Shown here one piece after another: positions 9,425-17,331 of a DNA stretch of 36,350 nucleotides. Under the pieces are notes generated by a model. It saw nothing but the letters and a program-made list of their open reading frames with translations. It was not told the origin of the DNA and searched no databases. Each line of letters starts with the position of its first letter. The stretch's first letter is position 1. Source of the stretch: Candidatus Enteromonas sp. (GTDB taxonomy: Bacteria; Bacillota_I; Bacilli_A; RFN20; CAG-826); assembly GCA_052273085.1 (NCBI GenBank), contig DAVZIW010000002.1:1-36350 (forward strand), written 5' to 3'. The position numbers and the translations under genes were made by a program.

Positions 9425-11018
9425 ATTCATGAAAAAGACAATTCTTACCTTGCTAGCCGCAACAACCATTGGACTAGCTGGTTGCTCTGATGTTGAGGCC
9501 GCTCTTCCTGCTTCTAAGCAAGATGAGATGATCCTTGATATCGAAAACATCCCAAATAACAATCTTCAACAAATCTATGAAGCTCTAGTTACTTCTGGTG
9601 ATACAAATTCCGAAAAGATTCTCGACAATATCCTATATATATATGCTAAGACTCTATTTGGAAGTTTCTATGATGTTAAAGACGGTGAAACCGTTACCGA
9701 ACAAGGCTTATTCGCCATTGCCGGTGATGATGCTAAAATCGCTGAATTCATCAAAACACATTCCGTTTATGGAACCGGTGAAGAAGGCGTTAAAAACTGC
9801 AAAGCCTTCATCGCTCACATTAAAGATTCAATTCTAAATTCCTTCTATTCAGTAATTACCAATTCTAGTTACCAAAAGAGATCGGAATTCCTAGAAGAGA
9901 AATTCTATAATGCCCAAGCTTCTGAATTATTCGATTTAAAGAAGCCATCTAGCTTTGTTACAAAGCAACTTGACGGAAACAAGACCTATAAAGATGCCGA
10001 AGAATATTTCACTGATTTATATGTCACCTATCAAGATTACATCGAAAAGAGCCTTCTCCCAACTGCTTTTAGAAAAGCCTTGGTCGAAGAATATCTAATC
10101 GAAAAGAACTATGGTTCACTTGGTAGAAGCTATGCCCGTAAAGTCCAATACATCGCTTTGCCTGATATTGAAAGCAAAGACGGTGCTGCCCAAAGATTAG
10201 TTAGAAGCTATTCTAAATTAGTCATTAGCAAAACTGATGATGAAATCAAAACTGCAGTCGCTGGAATTGACCCAGCCTCAGTTAGAGACCTTCACTTCCT
10301 AGATAATCTATATAAAGGATTATTCGAATCAGGAAGCAAAGAAGAAACCTATGCCAACTTGATTTATGCCGAAGCTGGATTCTCTAGCGAAAGAGAAGAA
10401 ACCTCCTGGGGCAAAGTCAATAAGGATTATAAAGGCCTAACCGATGACCGTAACAAGACTGGATCTACCACTGACTTCACCAATTCCGGTGCCTATACAA
10501 AGGAAATCGGACTTGAATTGAAGCGTAGAGAAATCCAAGCCACCACCAAAGTCACCGAAGGTTGGTACACTTCTACTGGATTATCTGATTTAGCCTCTTC
10601 AATAAAGACTAGATTATTCAAGATTTCCGTTGCTAACGAAGTTGATTCATTAACCACTGGAGCCAAAGGAAACTTTGGTTGGAATGTCCAAGGTTCATAT
10701 TACATGATTCCTGAAACATATGAATCTAACGAAGCCTATCCATATTGCATGTATGATAAAGACACCACAACTTGGTATATCGTAAGAGTTGACGAAGCCG
10801 TCAAAGCTCCTAAGTTATCCCAAACTGGTGAAGATAATTACGCTGCAATGGGCAAAAACATGCGTGAAATCGTTCTAAATGTTGCTTCCTTATTATCTGA
10901 TACAGATTCCTATAAGAAAGCCGCTAAACAATATTATGTTGAGAAGATGGCCTTTAGTTACCATGACCAATCCGTCTATAACTACTTCAAATCCACCTTC
11001 CCAGATCTCTTTGATTAA
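9414..11018 (+). CDS. Lipoprotein, probable PrsA/SurA-like chaperone paralog whose parvulin signature is degenerate
   Basis: Start set at ATG 9414 (MENKFMKKTILTLLAATTIGLAGC). It has a GGGAGGAG SD 9 nt upstream and overlaps the upstream stop by 11 nt. The lipobox is LAGC. An N-terminal block resembles the PrsA N-domain (LQQIYEALVTSGDTNSEKILDNILYIYA), and the C-terminal WYIVRVDEAVK resembles the last parvulin strand but lacks the His. The track start at 9354 is an in-frame read-through of the upstream gene's end. Confidence 0.65.
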   Translation: MENKFMKKTILTLLAATTIGLAGCSDVEAALPASKQDEMILDIENIPNNNLQQIYEALVTSGDTNSEKILDNILYIYAKTLFGSFYDVKDGETVTEQGLFAIAGDDAKIAEFIKTHSVYGTGEEGVKNCKAFIAHIKDSILNSFYSVITNSSYQKRSEFLEEKFYNAQASELFDLKKPSSFVTKQLDGNKTYKDAEEYFTDLYVTYQDYIEKSLLPTAFRKALVEEYLIEKNYGSLGRSYARKVQYIALPDIESKDGAAQRLVRSYSKLVISKTDDEIKTAVAGIDPASVRDLHFLDNLYKGLFESGSKEETYANLIYAEAGFSSEREETSWGKVNKDYKGLTDDRNKTGSTTDFTNSGAYTKEIGLELKRREIQATTKVTEGWYTSTGLSDLASSIKTRLFKISVANEVDSLTTGAKGNFGWNVQGSYYMIPETYESNEAYPYCMYDKDTTTWYIVRVDEAVKAPKLSQTGEDNYAAMGKNMREIVLNVASLLSDTDSYKKAAKQYYVEKMAFSYHDQSVYNYFKSTFPDLFD

Positions 11019-11039
11019 TAAAGAAGATATATAATATAA

Positions 11040-11067
11040 GGGCAGATTAAGTTCTGCCCTATTTTTG
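11040..11067 (+). terminator. Rho-independent terminator after the lipoprotein pair
   Basis: The stem GGGCAGA (11040-11046) pairs perfectly with TCTGCCC (11053-11059). The loop is 6 nt and the hairpin is followed by TATTTTT. Confidence 0.8.
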
Positions 11068-11081
11068 TAGAAAGGTTATTT

Positions 11082-11498
11082 ATGAAAGACGTATTCTGTA
11101 AAATCATCGATGGAGAAATTCCTTCTAGCGTCGTTTATGAAGATGATGATGTATTAGCGATACTAGACATCTCCCAAACTACTAGAGGACATACCCTAGT
11201 CATGCCAAAAAAGCATTGTGATTCCTTCTTGTCTTGCCCTCAAGAAGAAATGCATAAGGTAATGGATGTTGCTAGACGTATCGGACAAGCCGAAATCTCT
11301 ATCTTAGGAGCAAAAGGAGTCAATATCCTTACTAATGTCGGCGAAGTTGCTGGACAAAGTGTTCCACATTTCCATGTCCATGTCATTCCTAGATATGTAG
11401 GAGGACAAGGAGGGTTCCGGATAACAATGAAAGCCCAAGATGTCTCTAGCATGGATCTTCCTCGTTTAGCTCACGAGATTAATAAAGCCATGAAGTAA
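11082..11498 (+). CDS. HIT (histidine triad) family nucleotide hydrolase
   Basis: 138 aa with the canonical histidine triad HFHVHVIPR and the N-terminal CKIIDGEIPS motif. A GAAAGG SD lies upstream. Confidence 0.92.
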   Translation: MKDVFCKIIDGEIPSSVVYEDDDVLAILDISQTTRGHTLVMPKKHCDSFLSCPQEEMHKVMDVARRIGQAEISILGAKGVNILTNVGEVAGQSVPHFHVHVIPRYVGGQGGFRITMKAQDVSSMDLPRLAHEINKAMK

Positions 11499-11528
11499 AA
11501 AAGATGAGGTTCGCGCCTCATCTTTTTA
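11497..11528. terminator. Bidirectional intrinsic terminator between the convergent HIT and yhaM genes
   Basis: Sequence is AAAAAAGATGAGG-ttcgcg-CCTCATCTTTTT. The stem is perfect and is flanked by an A-run on the left and a T-run on the right, so it can terminate both strands. It overlaps the yhaM stop codon. Confidence 0.8.
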
Positions 11529-12561
11529 ATTCGTTTAATTCTTTTTCTAGGCTTAATCCTGAAGGAGAGGAAGAAACCTCTAGGCTAAATGGATTATAGA
11601 AGAACCTATTGTCCATTGTCATTATTTTAGAAGTATTTTCTCCTTTTTCAGCCCCTTCATAGGCTTTATCTAGAATCATCATCTTGGCATCGAAATCATC
11701 AATGCAAGAAACGGCATAAGCTTCCTTAGTTAAAGGCAAGACAGGAGAGCCAAATTCATATTTGCCATGATGAGACAAGATTATATGTTCTAGCATTGAA
11801 GCCATCTCATGTTTATGGAATAAAGGAGAACTCTTTATTTGTTCTTCTTTAGGAAGAGATTCGAATTCATGCATACCTAGTCTTTCGGCCTCTTTCCTGA
11901 CCTCGTAGAAGCCTAAAGAGATGTGACCGATTAATTTACCATCCAAAGTAAATTCGGCGTTAGGAAGGCCTGATAATTCAATCATCTTGCCAAAATCATG
12001 GACAAGGCAACCTGCTAAAACTAAATCCCTATTAAGTTTTGGATAAACCGCGCAGAAAGATAAGCCTAAATCCGCCATAGTAACCGAATGATAGATAAGT
12101 CCAGATTCGAATTCGTGATGGTTTCTAACCGCGGCTGGCCAAATAGATAGCTTCTCTAGATATTTGTTAACTAGATTAGATACCAAAAGCTTTAAATCTC
12201 CATCAGAAATTGAATCAACATAGGCTTTTAGCTTATTTACTAATTCTTCCTTCTTGACTGGAGAAGAGATAGCGAAATCATTTGGATTTAGCCCAAGAGT
12301 ATCGCTAGTAACCTTAAACAAGCGGATTTGAAGCGATTTGTTATAGGAAAGAACTTTTCCTTCAACATGGACTACACTTCCCTTTTTAAGTATCTCTTCT
12401 TCATTATTTATTTCCCATAGACGAGCTGAAATTTGGGAAGATTGATCTTGAAAAGTAATAGCTAGATAAGGCTTGCCATTCGTATTGATGCATTTTTTGC
12501 AATCGCTGACTAGTAATGGTCCAGAAAAACTATCGCCGTCTTTTAAATCAATTATTTTCAT
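11518..12561 (-). CDS. yhaM: 3'-5' exoribonuclease YhaM (OB-fold plus HD domain)
   Basis: 347 aa. The N-terminal OB-fold block GKPYLAITFQDQSSQISARLWE resembles B. subtilis YhaM. HD-domain motifs are present (NHHEFESGLIYHS, LVHDFGK, ILSHHGKYEFGSP). An AAGGAG SD lies 6 nt upstream. Confidence 0.88.
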   Translation of the reverse strand: MKIIDLKDGDSFSGPLLVSDCKKCINTNGKPYLAITFQDQSSQISARLWEINNEEEILKKGSVVHVEGKVLSYNKSLQIRLFKVTSDTLGLNPNDFAISSPVKKEELVNKLKAYVDSISDGDLKLLVSNLVNKYLEKLSIWPAAVRNHHEFESGLIYHSVTMADLGLSFCAVYPKLNRDLVLAGCLVHDFGKMIELSGLPNAEFTLDGKLIGHISLGFYEVRKEAERLGMHEFESLPKEEQIKSSPLFHKHEMASMLEHIILSHHGKYEFGSPVLPLTKEAYAVSCIDDFDAKMMILDKAYEGAEKGENTSKIMTMDNRFFYNPFSLEVSSSPSGLSLEKELNELKR

Positions 12562-13357
12562 CGTTTTCTCCTTTTACTAAATTAGAAATATCATCATATT
12601 CGTAGCCTTTCCTTAATAGATAAGCGAATATGGCCCTAGATAATTTATAACCGGTATATTTTCTTTCATATCTAGTTTTTGCAATTAGGTAGTCAGATTC
12701 TAGATTGGATTTATTTTCTTCTTCGCTAGGGAAAGATAAGGCCTGGTTAATCGCTTCTTTTGCAACATCTAGATCAAATCCTCTTTCTCTTAAAGCTAAT
12801 AAAGTCTTCCCAACTTTCTTATTCTTAGGAGCTTTTAATAATCTTCTATCCAATACCTTTACGTAATTTAAAGCCTTCTCCAATTCTTTTTCTCTTGGGA
12901 AAGACAAAGTATCGATTATTTCATTAGAAATCCCTTTTTGATGGAGATTAAATAAGACCTTATTCCTTCCATATAACCTAAGCTCAGCAACATCTTCAGC
13001 ATAAGTCTTCGCATACATCTTGTCATCTAGAAGGCCTTCTTTAGTAAGTTTGTCAATTATTTTCTGGGCTAATTCAACATTTGCCCCTCTATCTAATATC
13101 TTTCCATATAAGACATAGGAAGAATAGTTTTCCCTAGATAACAAACGTAAGGCATATTCCATATATCCTTCTTCCTTTTTAGAAGAAATTAGATTCAAAT
13201 ATTCTTGCTCGCTTAATTGCTTTCCTTCATATAGACGAAATTCGGTAAAGGTAAAAGGAGAAAGGGATAATTTCTCACCTGATTCAAAAGTAATGACTAC
13301 TTCCTTTTTCCTTTTCCTAATGCTTTCAATTATTTCACCACGATTTTCTTTGGACAC
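12548..13357 (-). CDS. recX: RecA regulator RecX
   Basis: 269 aa with a RecX-like helical-repeat pattern (YALRLLSRENYSSYVLYGKILDRG, IIDKLTKEGLLDDKMYAKTYAED). The start is GTG at 13355-13357 with a GAGGTG SD 7 nt upstream. It overlaps the end of the GT4 gene by 23 nt. Confidence 0.8.
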   Translation of the reverse strand: MSKENRGEIIESIRKRKKEVVITFESGEKLSLSPFTFTEFRLYEGKQLSEQEYLNLISSKKEEGYMEYALRLLSRENYSSYVLYGKILDRGANVELAQKIIDKLTKEGLLDDKMYAKTYAEDVAELRLYGRNKVLFNLHQKGISNEIIDTLSFPREKELEKALNYVKVLDRRLLKAPKNKKVGKTLLALRERGFDLDVAKEAINQALSFPSEEENKSNLESDYLIAKTRYERKYTGYKLSRAIFAYLLRKGYEYDDISNLVKGENDENN

Positions 13358-14510
13358 GTTTATACACCTCGATTATTGAATCATAGAAACGCTTCATAGA
13401 ATAAATATCTATTGTCTTTAATGAAGCGTTTACTATCTTTTTCTTGCTTGCGTCGCTTAAATGCTTTACTTGTTCTAATTTATCTGGGAAGTCATTCTCG
13501 TCTTTAAAGAAGAACCCCGTCTCATTATCTTTTATAGTCCCTGATAAATTATCATCATATCTAGCCAATACGATTAATTCGCTTGCCATGGCTTCCATAA
13601 ACGTTAGGCCCTGTGTCTCGGTAATTGAAGCCGAAGCAAAGCAATCCCCTAGATAATAATATTTCTGTGTTTCTCCTGGAGAGCATTTCCCCGTGAATAT
13701 AGTTGAAGAAGAAATACCTAAAGAATCCGCTAAATCCTTAAGTTCTTGTTCAGCAGGACCCCATCCAGTTATGACTAATTTAACTCTTTCCTGTGGATAT
13801 TTTTCCTTGAAATTAGCAAATCCTTTGATAACTACATCTATACTTTTTTCTTTAGCAATCCTACCTAAAGATAAAAGGACATAATCATCTTTTTCAATTC
13901 CAAATTTCTCTTTTAAGGCAAGGGTTTCTTCTTTATTTTCATTAGATGGAGAGAATCTAGATAATTCAACTCCAGTTGGGATAATAGAGACAGTCGTATC
14001 AATTCCAATGGAGCGAAGGTAATCCTTAATTTTCTCGCTAGGAGCGATAAATTCGGTATAGGCATTGCTTTTCCCCCTGAAGAAGAACCTAACTGCATGC
14101 CTAGCAAATCTATCAAAATGCCCCTTAGTAACATAATAGGTATAATCTTCTATCATCGTATGGAATGTATAGACTGATCCTATATGGAATTTAGAGGCGA
14201 CTAAGCCACCGAAAATACCTATTCCGGCATCGGTTTGGCAATGTACGACTTCAGGATGGAAAGAAGAAAGAATATCCACGGCTTTCTTGTTATAGAACAT
14301 AGACATACGGTACCCATATAATGCTTTTAATTTGATTCCAGGAATTCTAAGGATGCCATCTTGGTAAGTAACATATTTAGAAAATGGATTGGTAGTTACT
14401 ACAATAACATTATGGCCATGTTCAACTAACGTCTTCCTTAAATTGAAGGTAGAAGTAGCAACCCCATTAATTTCTGGAGGATATGTATCAGAGAATAAGG
14501 CTATATTCAT
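13335..14510 (-). CDS. GT4-family glycosyltransferase, likely a glycolipid (glucosyl-diacylglycerol type) synthase
   Basis: The N-terminus MNIALFSDTYPPEINGVATS is typical of GT4 lipid glycosyltransferases such as Acholeplasma alMGS-type enzymes. The C-terminal E-x7-E region is ETQGLTFMEAMASE. I chose the ATG at 14508-14510, which has a GAGGTGG SD and forms an ATGA overlap with the upstream stop. The track start is a GTG 9 nt further upstream. Confidence 0.82.
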   Translation of the reverse strand: MNIALFSDTYPPEINGVATSTFNLRKTLVEHGHNVIVVTTNPFSKYVTYQDGILRIPGIKLKALYGYRMSMFYNKKAVDILSSFHPEVVHCQTDAGIGIFGGLVASKFHIGSVYTFHTMIEDYTYYVTKGHFDRFARHAVRFFFRGKSNAYTEFIAPSEKIKDYLRSIGIDTTVSIIPTGVELSRFSPSNENKEETLALKEKFGIEKDDYVLLSLGRIAKEKSIDVVIKGFANFKEKYPQERVKLVITGWGPAEQELKDLADSLGISSSTIFTGKCSPGETQKYYYLGDCFASASITETQGLTFMEAMASELIVLARYDDNLSGTIKDNETGFFFKDENDFPDKLEQVKHLSDASKKKIVNASLKTIDIYSMKRFYDSIIEVYKRVQRKSW

Positions 14511-15955
14511 AATTCCCACCTCTGCATTTCATTATCTTCCTCTTTTTGCTTTTTTCTAGACTTCTTTTCTTTTACCGGCTTGACTTTCTTTGGAGGTTTA
14601 TAAGCCTTCTTAAGCGTAGGAACATCTTCGATTTTATTTTCTTCTTTAGGAATAGATATTTCTTTATCTTTCTTTATCTTTCCAAAAGACATAGTCTCTG
14701 CAATCTTATTTTGAAGAGCCTTTCTAGATAATTGCCTTGTTTCATATAAAGTATCCGCACTGCGCTTTCTTTCGTCGAAAGTAGCCATCTGGATATCGAC
14801 GAAGGTCTGACGGTTTGCATAATGTATTGGCTCTTTTGGTCTACTTCTATAAAGCGCGGCAACTAATCCAGAAACTAATAAAGGAATATGGAAGGTTACA
14901 GTTCTCCATAAAATAAGGGTAGAGCTAACATATGTTTGTTCACCAAAGAAATTAAAGAATAAATATTGATAGAAAAGTTCAGAAACACCAGCCGATCCAG
15001 GAAGAGGGATAAGGCCTGTAATCATTTGATGGAAGCTAGATAAGAAAGCGGCATGGAATAATTTATAGGCATCAAATGTATCAAAAGCCTTAAGTGCCAT
15101 ACCAGCAATATAAGGAATTGAATTCCTGAGAAAAATCATGATCGAGAACAAGATAAACTGCAAAATAACAATAGGAATATTGGATTGTAGACGTCTAAGT
15201 TCAATCTTGAAGTTCTCTACTTGTACCCTTAAATTTTCTCTAGCCTGATCAGGCTTCTTAATGAGTTTTATCTTACCTAAAAATCCAATCACATGGTTCA
15301 AGATGAAATTATGGAATTTATGGCTATAAGACATACCTAATAGAAGGAATATAACCGAGATATTAAGCACGAATCCTATAATGATCAAAGGAAGCATAGG
15401 AATCGATAATTTCCAATCAAATATAGTAAAGTCCATGGATTTGATGTCCATGATCCTATTCCATTCAAAACCTATCGCGAATATATCAAAAGAAATAAGA
15501 GCAGCCTGGTAAATAATAAACCACATTACCATGATGGAAGCGGCATTAGATATAACTAACCCCTGCGATTTTAAAGTGTAGGCTTGCATGACCTGTCCCC
15601 CACTTGCCCCAGGAGTAATATCGCTATAGAACTGTCCAACAAAAGAAGCCGCTAGACCTTGATGGAATTTATATTGTCTTGTATAAAGACGGCAAAAGGC
15701 CCAAATAATGACCCCATCTACGCAATAAGAAAGGAAAACCATGCCGATAATGATAAGCATATATACCCAATCGGCTTTAGAGAAAGCATCAATGACCTTT
15801 CCAAATTGATCACCCCACAAAGACAATGTCAAAGAAATAGCCGTAGCTATCAAGACGATTAAAATATATAAAACATATTTAAGGGTCTTTTTCTTGTTTG
15901 TCGGAGTTGGAGCGTCTTTGCTTTTGTTAGATATAATTGCCATAGAAGCAAACAT
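14507..15955 (-). CDS. Polytopic membrane protein, UPF0104 / lysyl-PG-synthase-TM (flippase-like) family candidate, with a Lys-rich C-terminal tail
   Basis: 482 aa with about 8 hydrophobic segments. The architecture and its adjacency to a GT4 gene resemble flippase-like UPF0104 proteins. The last 100 aa or so are highly basic (KKAYKPPKKVKPVKEKKSRKKQKEE). The family call is by eye only. Confidence 0.55.
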   Translation of the reverse strand: MFASMAIISNKSKDAPTPTNKKKTLKYVLYILIVLIATAISLTLSLWGDQFGKVIDAFSKADWVYMLIIIGMVFLSYCVDGVIIWAFCRLYTRQYKFHQGLAASFVGQFYSDITPGASGGQVMQAYTLKSQGLVISNAASIMVMWFIIYQAALISFDIFAIGFEWNRIMDIKSMDFTIFDWKLSIPMLPLIIIGFVLNISVIFLLLGMSYSHKFHNFILNHVIGFLGKIKLIKKPDQARENLRVQVENFKIELRRLQSNIPIVILQFILFSIMIFLRNSIPYIAGMALKAFDTFDAYKLFHAAFLSSFHQMITGLIPLPGSAGVSELFYQYLFFNFFGEQTYVSSTLILWRTVTFHIPLLVSGLVAALYRSRPKEPIHYANRQTFVDIQMATFDERKRSADTLYETRQLSRKALQNKIAETMSFGKIKKDKEISIPKEENKIEDVPTLKKAYKPPKKVKPVKEKKSRKKQKEEDNEMQRWEL

Positions 15956-15960
15956 ATTTT

Positions 15961-15979
15961 ACCCTAAATTCTTTAGGGT
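15961..15979. promoter_or_regulatory. Perfect 8+8 bp palindrome (ACCCTAAA-ttc-TTTAGGGT) between tetR and the membrane-protein gene; candidate TetR operator or an RBS-occluding hairpin
   Basis: The inverted repeat was read directly and has no mismatch. It has no flanking U-tract on either strand, so it is not a canonical terminator. On the minus strand its 3' arm supplies the only SD-like element (AGGG), 6 nt before the ATG at 15955. Confidence 0.45.
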
Positions 15980-16007
15980 AGTGATAGGGAGTTATATTAA
16001 AAGGTTA

Positions 16008-16547
16008 TTATTCCTTTATTAACGGGCTGAAATTAATAACAAATGTCTTGATTAAATCTTCAATTGGGACCTCATATCCTGAATCACACCAAGCACGGAA
16101 AACCCCTACTCCAGCGGAAAAAAGGAAAATTCCAATATATTTTTTGGTTCTTTCATCACCTCTAAGATGAGGGGCGATAGTCTGGACTACAATTGGTTCG
16201 AAAGTCTTCTTTATCTTATAGGTAAAATGAGATTGAGAAACATCGACAACCGTCTGGATTTTTGCTGCATTATCTTTTAAATAATTGCCTGTTTCATATA
16301 AGCCTTCTAGATAATTACCGCTTGAATGTTTGAATATTATCCTCGAAAGATCGGAAATGATGATATTTTCGACATCATCAATAACATCAGATACATTTTC
16401 ATAATGTAAATAGAAAGTCGATCTAGATAGACCTAGATTGGAGGTAATATCCTTGACCGTAACGCCTTGAAGAGTATTTTTTCTAAGCAATCTTAATGTC
16501 TCTTCTCTTATATCTTTTTTAGTTTTTTCTACACGTGCACTTTTCAT
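16008..16547 (-). CDS. TetR/AcrR family transcriptional regulator
   Basis: 179 aa. The N-terminal HTH region (TVKDITSNLGLSRSTFYLHYENV) is typical of the TetR family. Confidence 0.85.
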   Translation of the reverse strand: MKSARVEKTKKDIREETLRLLRKNTLQGVTVKDITSNLGLSRSTFYLHYENVSDVIDDVENIIISDLSRIIFKHSSGNYLEGLYETGNYLKDNAAKIQTVVDVSQSHFTYKIKKTFEPIVVQTIAPHLRGDERTKKYIGIFLFSAGVGVFRAWCDSGYEVPIEDLIKTFVINFSPLIKE

Positions 16548-16582
16548 AACAAAAAAAGATTATCACGAAAATCAACACGTGT

Positions 16583-17302
16583 CTATAATGAGTGTTTTAC
16601 TTCCTTTTCTAATATTTTTAGCGATTTTTTATACAAAGAAGGCAGTCCTCCCTTAAAAGAAAAATAATAAAGGGAAGATGTTTTCTTATCATAAATCAAA
16701 GGCAATAAGGACTTTAACCTAGGCTCGCTTAATCCAAAAGAAGCCTCTTCAAGAGAAATAAGCTTTATTGAATATTCCTTTAGGAATTCCAAATCGCTTT
16801 CAGTTAGATTATCGACGCATAAAAAATCAATTAATAAATAAGAACGTGCCTTTTTATTAAATGGACTGATATTAAAAGAATCATGTTCGACCTTATTTTT
16901 AAAAGATGACGTATTTCGGAAAGCAAAAGCATATACCTGCTTCCCATAATCCAAAGTAAATCTACTTCTTATATAGTTTTTATTATCAAATTCATATTTG
17001 TTTTCTAGATGTTTTTTAAATGATTCCAAATCAAAATTAGATACATGGGTCAATTCAATTGAAGATAATTTAACTTCTCTAGCTGCTATAAAATATTCAT
17101 TTATCCCCTTGCTAGTTTTAGCCACTATGACTAAAAAAGTTATAGCCAAGACAAAGAAAATACCCATCCCAACATAAAATAGATACGATTCATATCCAAA
17201 TCTTTTTAAATAATAAAAGACAATGATGCTAGAAATGGAGCAAACAAAAATAATAGCTAGAAGGGAAATTAATGTTATTACTTTCTTCTTGCTATATTTC
17301 AT
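16583..17302 (-). CDS. Hypothetical membrane protein (two N-terminal TM helices plus a domain of about 170 aa with no recognised family)
   Basis: 239-aa uninterrupted ORF in AT-rich DNA. Two hydrophobic helices are visible (ITLISLLAIIFVCSISSIIVFYY and FYVGMGIFFVLAITFLVIVA). I recognise no other motif. Confidence 0.6.
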   Translation of the reverse strand: MKYSKKKVITLISLLAIIFVCSISSIIVFYYLKRFGYESYLFYVGMGIFFVLAITFLVIVAKTSKGINEYFIAAREVKLSSIELTHVSNFDLESFKKHLENKYEFDNKNYIRSRFTLDYGKQVYAFAFRNTSSFKNKVEHDSFNISPFNKKARSYLLIDFLCVDNLTESDLEFLKEYSIKLISLEEASFGLSEPRLKSLLPLIYDKKTSSLYYFSFKGGLPSLYKKSLKILEKEVKHSL

Positions 17303-17331
17303 AATTTGGATAATAAAAGAAAAAGCAAGTA

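Noticed and set aside
16525-16585. Repeated ACACGTG motifs flanking the tetR start (16530s and 16576-16583), considered as a possible operator.
   Set aside because: CACGTG-type hexamers also occur in unrelated places (7924, 8326 and the terminator stems). The two copies here are not arranged as a symmetric operator. The perfect palindrome at 15961-15979 is a much better candidate.
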